A DNA stretch of 64,000 nt from Sphagnum compactum (lineage: Eukaryota): NCBI GenBank assembly GCA_965153455.1, contig OZ234493.1, positions 1,984,001-2,048,000 of the forward strand. Direction: 5' to 3'. The position numbers and the translations under genes were made by a program. Position 1 is the stretch's first letter; the number at the start of each line of letters is the position of its first letter. The notes under the pieces were generated by a model. The model was not told where the DNA came from, did not search any database, and worked only from the letters and a program-made list of their open reading frames with translations. Shown here one piece after another: positions 11,339 to 23,200 of the stretch.

Positions 11339-14041
11339 ATGGCTGCATACTATGCCATAAGTCCATTGGAGAATGATGCAGTGATGAGACAACAAGAGGA
11401 GATCCCCCTCTCAAGAAGCTAATCATGAAGTTCATAGCCTTTGCAACAGAGATGGAGAAGGATGGGAACAATTTCAACTATTCGGAGAAGCCTTACAAGT
11501 CATTTCTGCAAGATCTGGCAACTTTTGAGCTCCCACTCCTTAAGACAATGGCCATGATCAATGCAAACAAATGAGAGCAGGAACGCTTCACAAATCTTTC
11601 AAGTGGAACTTAACAACCAAATTTCTCAGGTGAGTGCTATCCTCCCCTTTCCCAATTTGTGGAACTGGGATATTGGAGCCTGTAATTGGATACAATCTAC
11701 ATAATCTGACCAGTTCTTGTTTCTCCAATGGTTCTCATGCAGCTTCACTCTCTACATTTTGGTTTTGAGATATTGAAAGGTGATGGAGAATAGAACACTG
11801 CAGCTGTGTTCTGGAATTTCAGTGTTGATGCTCTTAGGTTTTCAATCTGTGTCATGGGGGATCATCCCTTCATGTTCAGAGCCTTTCGCATTGTGTAGCA
11901 TTCATCTCTGTAGTTGCAGAGCTTTGAGCCTGAGGGTACTAGGAATGAAGAAATGACTGGAAGATGCACCAGTCTGGGCCTTTGGGTTCGCAGCTCTAGG
12001 TTCCAACTTGTTCACTGAAAGAACACCTTTGGACTATTCATAGGTGATCTTTCAGCTGCAGTATGAAGTTTGGAGTGCATGAGATTGTTCAGCAAAGCAC
12101 AAGTGCAATTTTTCAGTTGTCAGCATGCTTTACATTTTGAGATTCCGAATCACAAAATTCAGATTAGTTTGTGATTCACACCTTTTTTTTCCCGTATGGT
12201 TATGGCTGTGGCTACCAGACATTTCTCTCGATGATGATTTTGACTCGTGGCTACCAGACTTTTTTTTGTTTGCTCACTTCAGGTGCACGTTTATCCTGCA
12301 ATTGCGCTTGTTATGGGGTGCTAGCATGTAATGAAGGTAAAATATTGACCAGCCTGCAGATATGTCCCAGATTTTATTCTACCAAACATGCCTCATTTCC
12401 ATGATGGGTATGAGGCCTACAACAGGCACAAAGTGATGTAGAAGGGTTGAAGATGCAGCTTGAAGAGGCAAAGATTGAAAAGCGACACAAAGAAGAGTGT
12501 GAGGCCATCAGAAGATTGATAGCAGCTCAGCCACCTCAGCAGCATCTGAATGATTTTGAGAAAGAAGTTGTTGAATAGGAGCTGAGAATTTTGCAACAAA
12601 CCTCACACTGGAGCTGCACAAGAAGCAATTTGGCCTGCTTCTACATGTGGTAGTGACTTTAGCTTCAGGGGAATGTTTGGCACGGCTAAGGTTCTGAGCA
12701 ATCCTCATACAATGGTATAGGCGTTGGTGGTCAAACTGTATTTAGGGGGGTGGTGAGGTTGGCAAGATGAAGATTGGAGACGGGGAGGGGCAGACTGGTC
12801 GGGAGGGGGCACTGGGCAGCAGGAGAGGGTAGCACGTTTCTTTGCTCAGTACTTCTTTTCATTAGCACTGTTCCTTGATTGGTAGCTGACATTATGACTG
12901 CATCATCCCATTCTCCTAAAAATGTGACAGAAACTGAAGACCCTGATTCTATATAATGATTTGCCCAAAATTTTGGGTGGATGATTATGTACTTGAGCTG
13001 ATGAAGTCAATGGGTAGTAGTCATGGCAGCTCGTCACTGCTGTTCATGATGAAAGTGACAATCCAACACTATGTGAGTGACTCTCATGAGGTTATGACTT
13101 CACTCATTGTTCATACCTTCGATTGTAGTTCTGGAGATTGAACTGTGAAATTTCAATACATATATATGTGTGCGTGACCTGTAGAAATGAAGACTTCAAT
13201 ATGTCACTCGTAACCTGAAGTACAAACTGTGTTGTTAGTTGCTTGAATAAGTACTGGTACAACCCATTTAGTACATCATGTCATTTGTCTTCAACTTGTG
13301 ACTAATGCAGGCACAATGTACACAACATGGGCAAGAGTGAACCAGCCACCCACCAGCACACCATCCACTGGATGCTTGTTATGACTCATTTGTGGATGAA
13401 CCTCAACTGAGTTCATATCTGGTTTCACCTTTGTAACCCAATCTGTCAGAAGTAGGTCCTATAAATAGGTACATAGGTGGAAATGAAAAGGTGGCGGCGT
13501 ATGGTAACGCCCCCCTCTTTATTCCTTCCACTTTTTCCACCATCCTCCCCCCCACTCTCTTTCTTCCATTCCTTTCCATCACTTGTCTCCTTAAAAACCT
13601 CTTCTCTCCTCATCAGAGTGTTTCAATTTCAAGAATTCGAATTAGGTTTCTTTTCATTTCATCTTCTCATACTAACAACCTGCTTGTGGGTTGTTAGCAG
13701 GCAGGCAATAAAAAAAGGCAACTAATCCAACCACCATGATTAGCTAGGGAACTGGAACCCAACAGAAAATTGTTTCCTGACCACTTACCATCCATTGTTC
13801 GCCGTGCTCTGGTTCACTCTAGCCCACAACATGGGGTACCATGAACAATAATTCAACTCTCTCATTTGCACTTTGGATTTGGCCTTTTCCCACTCACTCA
13901 TAGATGAATACTTGGAGGTCACAGGTGGATGAGTTACAGAGTACACTCAACAAGGAGCAGAAAAATCCTGTGGATCTTGATGTGACAGCCTTGGTGGGAG
14001 CTGATGGCAGACCTGCAGAGCTGATGTCTGTTGATACATGA
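11339..14041 (+). pseudogene. THO7: THO complex subunit 7 (THO7/THOC7/Mft1-like) unprocessed pseudogene, 3 coding exons
   Basis: Exon 1 (11339-11629): MAAYYAISPLENDAVMR / TTRGDPPLKKLIMKFIAFATEMEKD...FLQDLATFELPLLKTMAMINANK*EQERF. Exon 2 (12426-12649): [37 protein letters not shown]...LELHKKQFGLLLHV. Exon 3 (13925-14041): VDELQSTLNKEQK...ELMSVDT*. These match plant THO7 as I recall it. GT-AG introns are kept. Lesions: frameshift near 11390, TGA at 11572, +1 near 11598, and TAG plus frameshift near 12576. Confidence 0.9.
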
Positions 14042-15170
14042 TATTTGTTAAGCTCATCCACATTGAAAGGTGCCCAAAAATGCCAATGCCTTCTTTTGGC
14101 ATGAGAGGAATTCTCATTGTGGTCAAAAGGACAGCATGCCCTCTCAAGATGTTTGCAAGAGCAATTGTCAGGTACACTGCCAGGTGTGACTGAGGTTTGA
14201 TTTTAGTTGAACTCACTTAGATATTGTCTCTGATCCTTGTCTACTTTTTGCCTTTACAGATATTTGCACAAGAATCAGATACTTAGATATTGTCTATACT
14301 AGTATTAGTATGGTATCATCACGCTTTTGAGCCTGATCGAGGCATTGGACATTGTTGAGATTTTCATGCAAGCTTGATCCTGGTATTGGGTCCGAGGCCG
14401 ATTTTGGGTATAAAGTATATATAGTATATATTTTACATTGAAATGAATGACACCAGATACTTCACCTCACTCTTGAAAACCAGAAGGAATATTCTAAATT
14501 GCATCTGTCATGAGCCAAGCCCTATTCACGGAGGAAAGACCACATTCTGTTGTAATGATAGAATGGTTAGCCATGGTTAGCATACAAAAATACAAATGAC
14601 ATTGAAGACGTGCAACAATGCAGCCTAGAAATGGGTTATTACTTATCACAAAATCATTAGCAAAAAAATGCATGTCTTGAGGCAAGACATAAGGACAAAA
14701 AAAACTTTTTTTTTTTTTGCTAATGTGACTTTTTTCTTTTTCTTTTTCAAATCAGTCCTTTTATACACAAGCAATGGAAATGAAAATGTTTAAATTCGAG
14801 TTCACATCAAGTTTGAACCAAACCCTTGTTCACACTAAAAGAGTAGCAAACCAAATTTTGACATTTCTCTATGTGCAAGTAACTAGAAACCGAACTTAAT
14901 AGTTATTGCACATATGATTAGCCATGTTTGGCATACAAACGAACACAAATTGCCCCCAATTGGGTAACTTAAGTTCCTTTTAAATAACATAATACAAGAT
15001 ACGATATATTAACATATGAGTTTTTGATAAGATAATTTGTCAGAATATTACACAAAATCTAGCCAAGGTGAGCTTTATACAAATCGCCTATCTATAATTG
15101 ATCTCGTATGGTTCAACCAAGAATTGAGATTTTGGTTAATCTTCTATTGCTTTAACCTATCAATGCTAGC

Positions 15171-15457
15171 CAGGGTTTCTTTTAAGGATTTTGTGACGTA
15201 GTCGTTGTGGCAATCATTTGGAAAATAATTTAGCCAAATTTGGCTACATACTAGATATGAAAGTAAGGAAAAAGGAAAATTTTAGATTCCTAGCTACCTA
15301 TTGGAACTTATCATAAAAAATTGATAATTTGGATTTCCCCCCCCCCTTGAAATATGGCAAATGTGGGCCATTTTTCTCGTGAAAAATCATTGCATAGGTT
15401 GAAATCATAATTTTAAGGTAAAAATTTGGCGAAATTTTGCCATTAAAAGAAATGCTA
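15171..15457. mobile_element. hAT-type MITE, 287 bp, with 8-bp target site duplication
   Basis: TSD ATGCTAGC at 15163-15170 and 15458-15465. Imperfect 15-bp TIRs CAGGGTTTCTTTTAA ... TTAAAAGAAATGCTA. Confidence 0.85.
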
Positions 15458-18400
15458 ATGCTAGCCTTTAGGACTTTGAAGCTTAATACAAGTTCATACA
15501 TAATATGTGTCAATGGTCACATGCAAAACATTTATGTGTAAATGGAAAATCCAAAGCAACTCATATGCTATGTTCTTGAATGGTAACTTTGCATCAACAT
15601 AATTAATTGATATCCTTGCCCTCTAAAGAACATTAAGGATGAATCCTACGATAAGCTCTAACAACTCACAAATGAATGTTGGATAAATTTTGATCCAGCC
15701 ATGCTTTTTGACATGTTGAATATGCCCCTAACTTAACAATCTTCAATTATCCATGTCCAATGGATCACATATCCATGTCTTTGGTCACAAAGTATGAATT
15801 GAAATTCTAGTCACAAGAAACTTAGAGTTGGTATAGCGAGAATCCTCCTTGACAATTCTAGATGGAATGTCAAAGGACCATATGAAGGTTTATGGAAAGG
15901 TATCTTTTTGGATTTATGTTTTGTTTGAAGTTTTTTTTTTCCAACAACATAATTACATTTTTTTTCATTCAAATTTGAATCGAATTGAATCAAATGTAAA
16001 TAAACTTGTATTTCAAATTTGTATTGAATTCATTCAATTCAAATTGCATGTAGTGTCATTCAATAATTTCATTTGAAAGGAACTTAATTTTCACAAAATC
16101 CAATCATTTTTTTCATCATTTCATTGTCGTTAGTAGTGTACAATAGTGTAGAGCTCAAGTGAAAAAAACATGAACATGAACCTTACTAAGTGATGTCAAT
16201 CCATGAATCCATGTAATGACACAATCTTGACCTTTTAATGTGGCAAGACTTAATCTAACGCTTATTTTAGAACGTGATAGTTGTTTGACACATGTAACTT
16301 CTGAAATGTCCCCAAAGGCAATAATGGTTCAAACTTTAAAACCATGGACATGAATACTTGAGGTCCCTCACCATCACAAAATGGTCATCACACATGGAAC
16401 ATCATGATCATGAACATGTCCTTTCAAACATAATCATAAGGCTAATATACTAAGAAAAGTCCACCATCATGGTGAAGTTTTCTAGCTTGCCAACATGGCC
16501 CCTAAAATTCATGTTGGGATCTCATTTTTTGTTCACACTTGGATTGCCACCTAGAGCAATATGGAGTTGAATTATGAAATCCACGAGGAACAACCTAAAT
16601 TCTCCCACATGGGACATAAAAAATGTAGAACAACATGGCTTGCTTAATTAGTGTAATATGTGATTCCTATGTTGTAAATTAATTTTAAGTTAGCATGCAA
16701 AGGATGGTGGTAATTACATCATCAACATTCAAGTGGTCAAGTTAAGACTCATGATTGTAATGTGAAATAAGAGTTTTTATCATCTGTACTTTTTATAACC
16801 ATTTCACCTTGAATTAAAGTTTATCTAGGTCAATCTTGGGTTGGTATTGGATTTAAAAATTCAACATGGTTCTTGTAAAGAAAAATGTTTCGTTTAACAC
16901 AATTGAAGTTTTGAAACCATGTAGGTCCTAATAATGGAACAACACATTATTCCTATTGTATGAAATAATTTTATCATAATTTCTTATGTTTGGCATGAAG
17001 ATCACGATAATTGTAATCTTAATACCATAAGTTAACATCACCCCAAGGCTGCTTGTCTTAAATCATCTTAGAACTTAAGAACATCAATGTTGACCAAGAA
17101 AAACCTTGGACCAATTTAAATTTGATGAAACAAAGTTAAAAGTTTAGAATGTGAAAGTTGGAAACAAAAATATTGTAGGCGTACCAATGTAGCACCAATA
17201 TTCAAATTCATGAATTATGTTAATTAAGGAACACAACATTGAAGGAAGTAGCACATTCTATGATATACAATCCATATTCACAAATTTTTAGTTGTCACTC
17301 ATGAATTGATTTTCATTTCAACTCAAAATTATATTTGATGTATCGCATGGATGCGAAGTGTTTTCGCTTTGGAATTTTTAATATGCTTTAACTTGTGAAG
17401 GTGCACATAGTTGTTGAACCTAGGGTTTGAAAATTGATGGAATTTTGTTGAAGTTCCCTTAACAAACTCATTCACCTTCCTCAAAAATGTTATTGAAGTT
17501 TTGTGACCCAACATTGGAGATACAAAAGTCCACCTTGCTCCAAAATTTCCATAAAGTGTATGGTTCTCATTTTACATATTTTTGTAATGTAACAACCAAC
17601 TATGGGAGCCCAAAAATCGGTTGCATAAGAACTATTAAGTAAGCATTGGGAACATTTGCACACCAATTAGATATGCAACTTCTTTGGTAACTTGTTCATG
17701 TGTCCCTAAAGAGTTGATTGGTTTGGATTTCAAGGTTGTTGGGGGATGAGACTTGATGTAGGAAGGACATTGAGTGTTGGATGGTGAGTTTAGTTTATAA
17801 TTAATTTTGGTGTTTTATTTGAATATTATACAAAGTTTTTCCTAGGTAAGACATGTGGTCATCTATTGGGTCGACTAGTTCCACTTGGACGTGTATCAAT
17901 TGTGTGGAATAATGGAATGATGTGAACCAATGGTGGGGAACTTTGGTATAGCCAAAGTGGACCAGCACCCTTGACCAACACACCATCTCTTGCATCCTTG
18001 TTATTATTTAATTGTGAATAAACATCAAATAATAATACATGGTTTCAACTTGGTAATCCATTCTATGAAATGCAAGTCATACAAAATGATAAATGATTTT
18101 TGGAGCCAAAATGGTGCATGGATGAACATGGGTTAATTTAAATTCATTAGATTCACCCAACCCAAATTTGGGGGGAGGCATTGGGTGAAATCACAATCAA
18201 ATGAGCCAATGGTGACAAAGGACTCAACCATAGATGGACATTTTTCGGACATTTTGATTTTTTCATAGAAAGAAAAATTTGAAGGATTATTTTTTGCAAC
18301 TATTTTCAAAAATATGTACAATGCCCCCAATAAATTACATTATTTTATTAACTCTTTTTGAATAAATATGAATTGTTTAAAAGTGTACAAATATTGTCAG

Positions 18401-18570
18401 ATTTTATGTTTTGTTTTTAAAAATGATCATAATTCAACTGATGCTAAAATATGATGATTATTTTACGCTTTAGTTTTTTGTATCATAAGGCATAACTTTG
18501 TTCATATGTTATACACATTATGACCCATTTACATCTAGTAAATCATTCTTGAAATTTGAACATTTTGAAA

Positions 18571-19360
18571 CCGTGTGCTCCAGGCGAGGACTGCTCAACC
18601 GTCGCTGGGAACGGTTCCTGCGACAACGCACATACACCCGACCCGTCTAGCAGGGGTGAGAGGCTGGGCGGAGAGCCAAGTACTTTGGTGCAATGCGCAC
18701 AACGTATGGGTGGGAGTTCAGATGGCTCAGCTGGCCGTGCTACAACTAGTGCAACCGGTTGGTGCTAGATCTACGACAGGAGGCCCGATCAACTAGGAGG
18801 CTGGGGCCCCACCCCCTCCAGGTTCTCCCCACACAATATTGAGTGTAAAAAGGGTGAAGGATAATATGTGGCTTGCTTACATTGAAAATCTCTTTACCAA
18901 CCGCGAGATCGAGACCAGCGTGCAGACAAGATACTTGCGCTTCAAGGGTATGTTGTACGAAAGCGAAAGCTACTTGTGTGACATCAGATGCGTTCAGCTA
19001 CGGAAAGCTTTGGCCTGGTTTTGATGTGGTAACACGCAACTTGAGGTAATGTTCGGTGCATGGAAAGGTGTGCCATACGCAGAGAGGCTTTGTCGAGTCT
19101 GCGATTTGGGGAAGGTTGAGGATGAAGAGCACTTGGTTTTTGTTTGTCCTAATACATAGAAAGTTAGGGAACGCTCTTGTTCAACCCTGTCCCTCACCCA
19201 CATTAGCACTCTTGCTGAGCTCATGCAGACTACAAACACGGTCGCCCTGGCCAAGCTTGTGGCATGTTGCCAGTACCAGAGGACAATCTGTCCTCCATGA
19301 TCTACCTTTCCTCTAATGGACTCTTTGGTCCCAAACGAACGTAAAATTGTAAACGTAAAC
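18571..19360 (+). mobile_element. 5'-truncated non-LTR retrotransposon (LINE, RTEX-like) 3' end, left copy
   Basis: GC-rich island encoding a LINE ORF2 C-terminus: YLCDIRCVQLRKALAWF*CGNTQLEVMFGAWKGVPYAERLCRVCDLGKVEDEEHLVFVCP, a CCHC finger. It ends in a short GTAAAC-type tandem tail at 19341-19360. The clade assignment is from memory of RTEX features. Confidence 0.85.
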
Positions 19361-20164
19361 GGTTATACATAATTAATGATATAATCATTATTTTGAATTA
19401 TGTGAATTTAAATTGAGCAAATTAAACTAATATTACACAAAAGATGTATGTTTAGTGTGTAAGGGAAATGAAATTTGATCTAATTTTTAATTGGGTTGGG
19501 TTCTAATTTTATCAAGGAATGACCAAAACTAAATATTTTTTAAATAGAAAATCAATTTTAGGACCAAAAAAAATGTTCTTTTTAAACTTAAGATCAAATG
19601 ACAATAATTAAAAATTTGAATGCTAAAAACAACACCCAAACATTGGAATAATTCACATTAAAAAACTACAAAAAATCATTAACAACAACAAGAATAAGGG
19701 AATGCATTGGTGGATGTGATGATGGGAACAATGCCAAGATAACAAGAATTCATAATTTGGTTGCGAAAAACATTGTTGTTAACCTTGTCACCCCTAACAT
19801 TTATCTTGGCACCCCCCATCATCCACCTTGTCATACCCATCAAATTGTCCATCATAACTAAATTACTGAAATAAAATAATATAAAATGAACTCTACATCA
19901 TCCACCTTGGCACCTTTGCTTTCTTGCCCAACATTCCTTGTTGTCCACCATGTCATCCCAAGTAATTATCCATGGCTTCAAAAGAAATTTTGTTCTTTAT
20001 TGGTGATGTCCACCTTGATGCTTCCATTGTCCTTATTGACAACCTACATTGTCCATTCACCATCCTATCATTTGTACATCGTCCCTAAAGAAAAATAAAT
20101 CAACAATGGCATTATCTGAATGCTCGATCATCCACATATCATCTTAGTTGTTAATTTATCATTG

Positions 20165-20167
<3 letters not shown>

Positions 20168-20222
<55 letters not shown>
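20168..20222. repeat. (AT)~27 microsatellite
   Basis: Perfect run. The homologous site in the right arm (about 55124-55135) has only about 6 units. Confidence 0.95.
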
Positions 20223-20224
<2 letters not shown>

Positions 20225-23200
20225 CAATATCAATTCCAATGACGTTATTAATGTCCTTCCCATCATCCACCTATCATTTATCACCTAAAAAATTTATTGA
20301 TTTCATCCATCTAAACACCCCCATCATCATTCCAAACAACCATTGTTGTCCACTTATTGTCCATGCTAATCATTTTGATTGAATAAATAAATATATTTAA
20401 AAAGAAAACAATACCAACCCATATGTCCCCCTTTGCTTCATCGTCCTCATTGTTTGTCCACAACCAAATCATTGGGAGGAAAAAACATTGTTGTCCACAC
20501 ATGCACATGTCATCCTTCCTAGCATGTTTTGTCAAGATCCTAGTCATATTGTTGTTGTACATGTCATCACCCCGATAACCATTCATGATCCCCCATTGTC
20601 CACCATGGCTAATCATCCTTCAACCATCCTCATCATTTGAACCTATTGTCCTTATCACTATTCAAGGATATTATCTCATTGTCATTCAAGCCAAAATGAA
20701 AAATCTTCCTATTTATGATCTAGATTCTTTTATTGAAATGACTAAATTTAATGTTTAGTAGGTCAATTTCCCAACTTGAGACTTTTATGGGATGTTCTTT
20801 TGGGTTGTGGGGTTAACAACGTTTTTTTTTCATTGTTTTTTGTTTTCCATTAATTGTCATGTTCATGTTCAGACAAGTTGGGGATTCTTATTTTTATTTT
20901 TTCATTCTTTTAAAAATTTATAGTAGCCTTACGCAGACATAGGGATTTATATTTGTGTTTGTGTTCGTTCATTATTTTTAATTTTTCATTATCAACCTTG
21001 TTCTACTTAAGTGATTTTATTTTTCATTACTTATTCTTCTTTGTTGTTTAATTTTCCACTTGCAACCTTGTTCATTGATAATATTTTATTGTTATTTATT
21101 ATTTTCATGGGACTATAATCATGATTTGAATAATATACCTACTTCATTTTTTAAAGAAGTAATGTTGCAGAAGTAGGATGGTTTGAATAGGTTTGGAGTT
21201 ATGGTATTGGTTTTTACAATAATGAATTTAGAAGATATTAATGATTGTATAGACCATATGTTTTGGCCTAAAGAACAATTACATAAAAGGTAAAATTCAT
21301 GTTTCTATTTGTGTTATGTGAAAAAAAATGGCCACCTTTGGATTTGATATGAGTCATCCAAGGTGGGCATTTGATTTTATGTTTTTTTAAAGAAAATCCA
21401 AAAGAATAGCAATTTCACTTGCAAATTAACCTTGTTGTCAACACCTAGAACCAACAATTTTAATTCCACAACACAAAACATCAACAAAAAAATATTTTCA
21501 AAATAACATTATTACGATTATTACAAGCACACAACCAACACTTTTAATAAAAAAATTGTGATGGATTATTCATATCACAATGCCTACGTATTAAAATTCA
21601 TCACTTTTGTTGAGAAGATATATGAAAATGTTTATTATTGTGTTGAAACATTTTATAATGCCACACCACAATTTTTCTTTGGTTTAATTATAGATTCCAA
21701 AACCATGGCAACATCATTGGTAAAAACTCACCTTTGCCATTACTATCAACAAGCAACATGCTTAAACTTTCGAAAACACATAGCTTTAACAAATACCTTC
21801 CTTCAAAACAACTTGCAAATTGACTTTTGAATGTGATTGATTATTCACATCAAAATTAAAAAATCAATCCTTGAGCCATTTACTGAATTTTGCAGGTAAG
21901 AAAATAAATATAAACAAATTTTTGTTATTCTCTGAATAATTTTGTGGTGTAATTTTCACCTTTTTTTCTTTGTCTTGCTTTAGCTACAACTATATTTTTA
22001 AATCCAAAGCCATGGTGGTGTCACTTATAAAAAATTCACCTTCATGCCACCAACACTAACAAACATCTTTGAATAATGCAAATAACAACTCCAACATAAA
22101 AACATTAAAGAAACATAAAACTTTTGGAGAAAAAAACACAAAAGCCTTGTATTTCAATAAGATTTGAAAGCAACATAACCATTATTATTATCGAGAAAAA
22201 AAAGGAAGAACACCACTTCACTTACAAAACCACAAAAACAACAAAAGACACAAAGGTGCATCCCCAAGCTAATTTTAGAAAGTTAAAAAATAAGGAAAAC
22301 GGACAAAAGATGAACATGAACAAAAACAAAAAGTTCACGAGTCTTATTCTTGCCACATGATTTGAAAATAAATGAATTAAAAACTAACTTTATTTCCCAA
22401 GACTTACTAGAACAAAACATTTTATTGAAGGACAACAAATTAGTCCTATTGGGAAATGCAACTTGTCAAAATAAAGGTAATTAATTTGCCTATTGTATAT
22501 ACTAACCCAATAAACATCACTAGTTTTAAAGTTATTGTTTAAGGGTTCTCAAGTGCCAAAATAATCTAGTAGTTGTAGAGTTATTGTGTATGTAAATAAC
22601 ATAATATGTCTACAAGTAGATCTCCAAGGGTTAACTCTTTCATTAGTTAGCTAACTAAACTAAGAACCTAGTGGAACAAACAATACTTTGTTTCAATGTA
22701 CAATGAAACAATTATGTGCTCTAGAAGTGACTATTATAGTTTGTGAAAGAAAATCCAACAAGATAACGACTTCCTACAACAATAAAGAAACATTTAAAAT
22801 AAAAAACACTAGATACCAAAAAATCTAATAGGGGGTGAAAAGAAAATGTCTTTCCATCCAAGTTCAAACAAAACCATGACTTAAACCAAATTCAAGTACC
22901 AGTAACTTTAGCTATTATAATACATTCTCCTACTGGAACTACCTTACTACGACTTTGCTCTACTTATCTCTTCTTCTTCACACACACACACACCTCTTTC
23001 CACGCATTTGGAATTAGCCCCTAAAATAGGTGAGGTGATCTTACTTACCTTCTACCCAAAATGGCCATCATAACAAGTTTAAATCCATCAAATTTTTCCC
23101 TAATTTATATACCCCATTGACTTTCTTACCTACCTTCTAAATTTATGGCAACATTTCCTTAATTAAAAAAGGTAGTTGAGCAAGGTAATCAACAACCTAA

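Larger units (their letters stand above)
18571..21586 (+). repeat. Left arm, part 1, of the large inverted duplication (pairs with 53757-56725)
   Basis: CCGTGTGCTCCAGGC at 18571 is the reverse complement of 56711-56725. CACAATGCCTA at 21576-21586 is the reverse complement of 53757-53767. Mirror ORFs 20311..20616(-) and 54728..55033(+) differ by 1 aa. Confidence 0.95.

Noticed and set aside
20311-20616. Near-identical ORF pairs (20311..20616 and 54728..55033; 19886..20098 and 55148..55414) as duplicated genes
   Set aside because: They have no recognisable domain or splice structure, and the similarity simply reflects the inverted DNA duplication.
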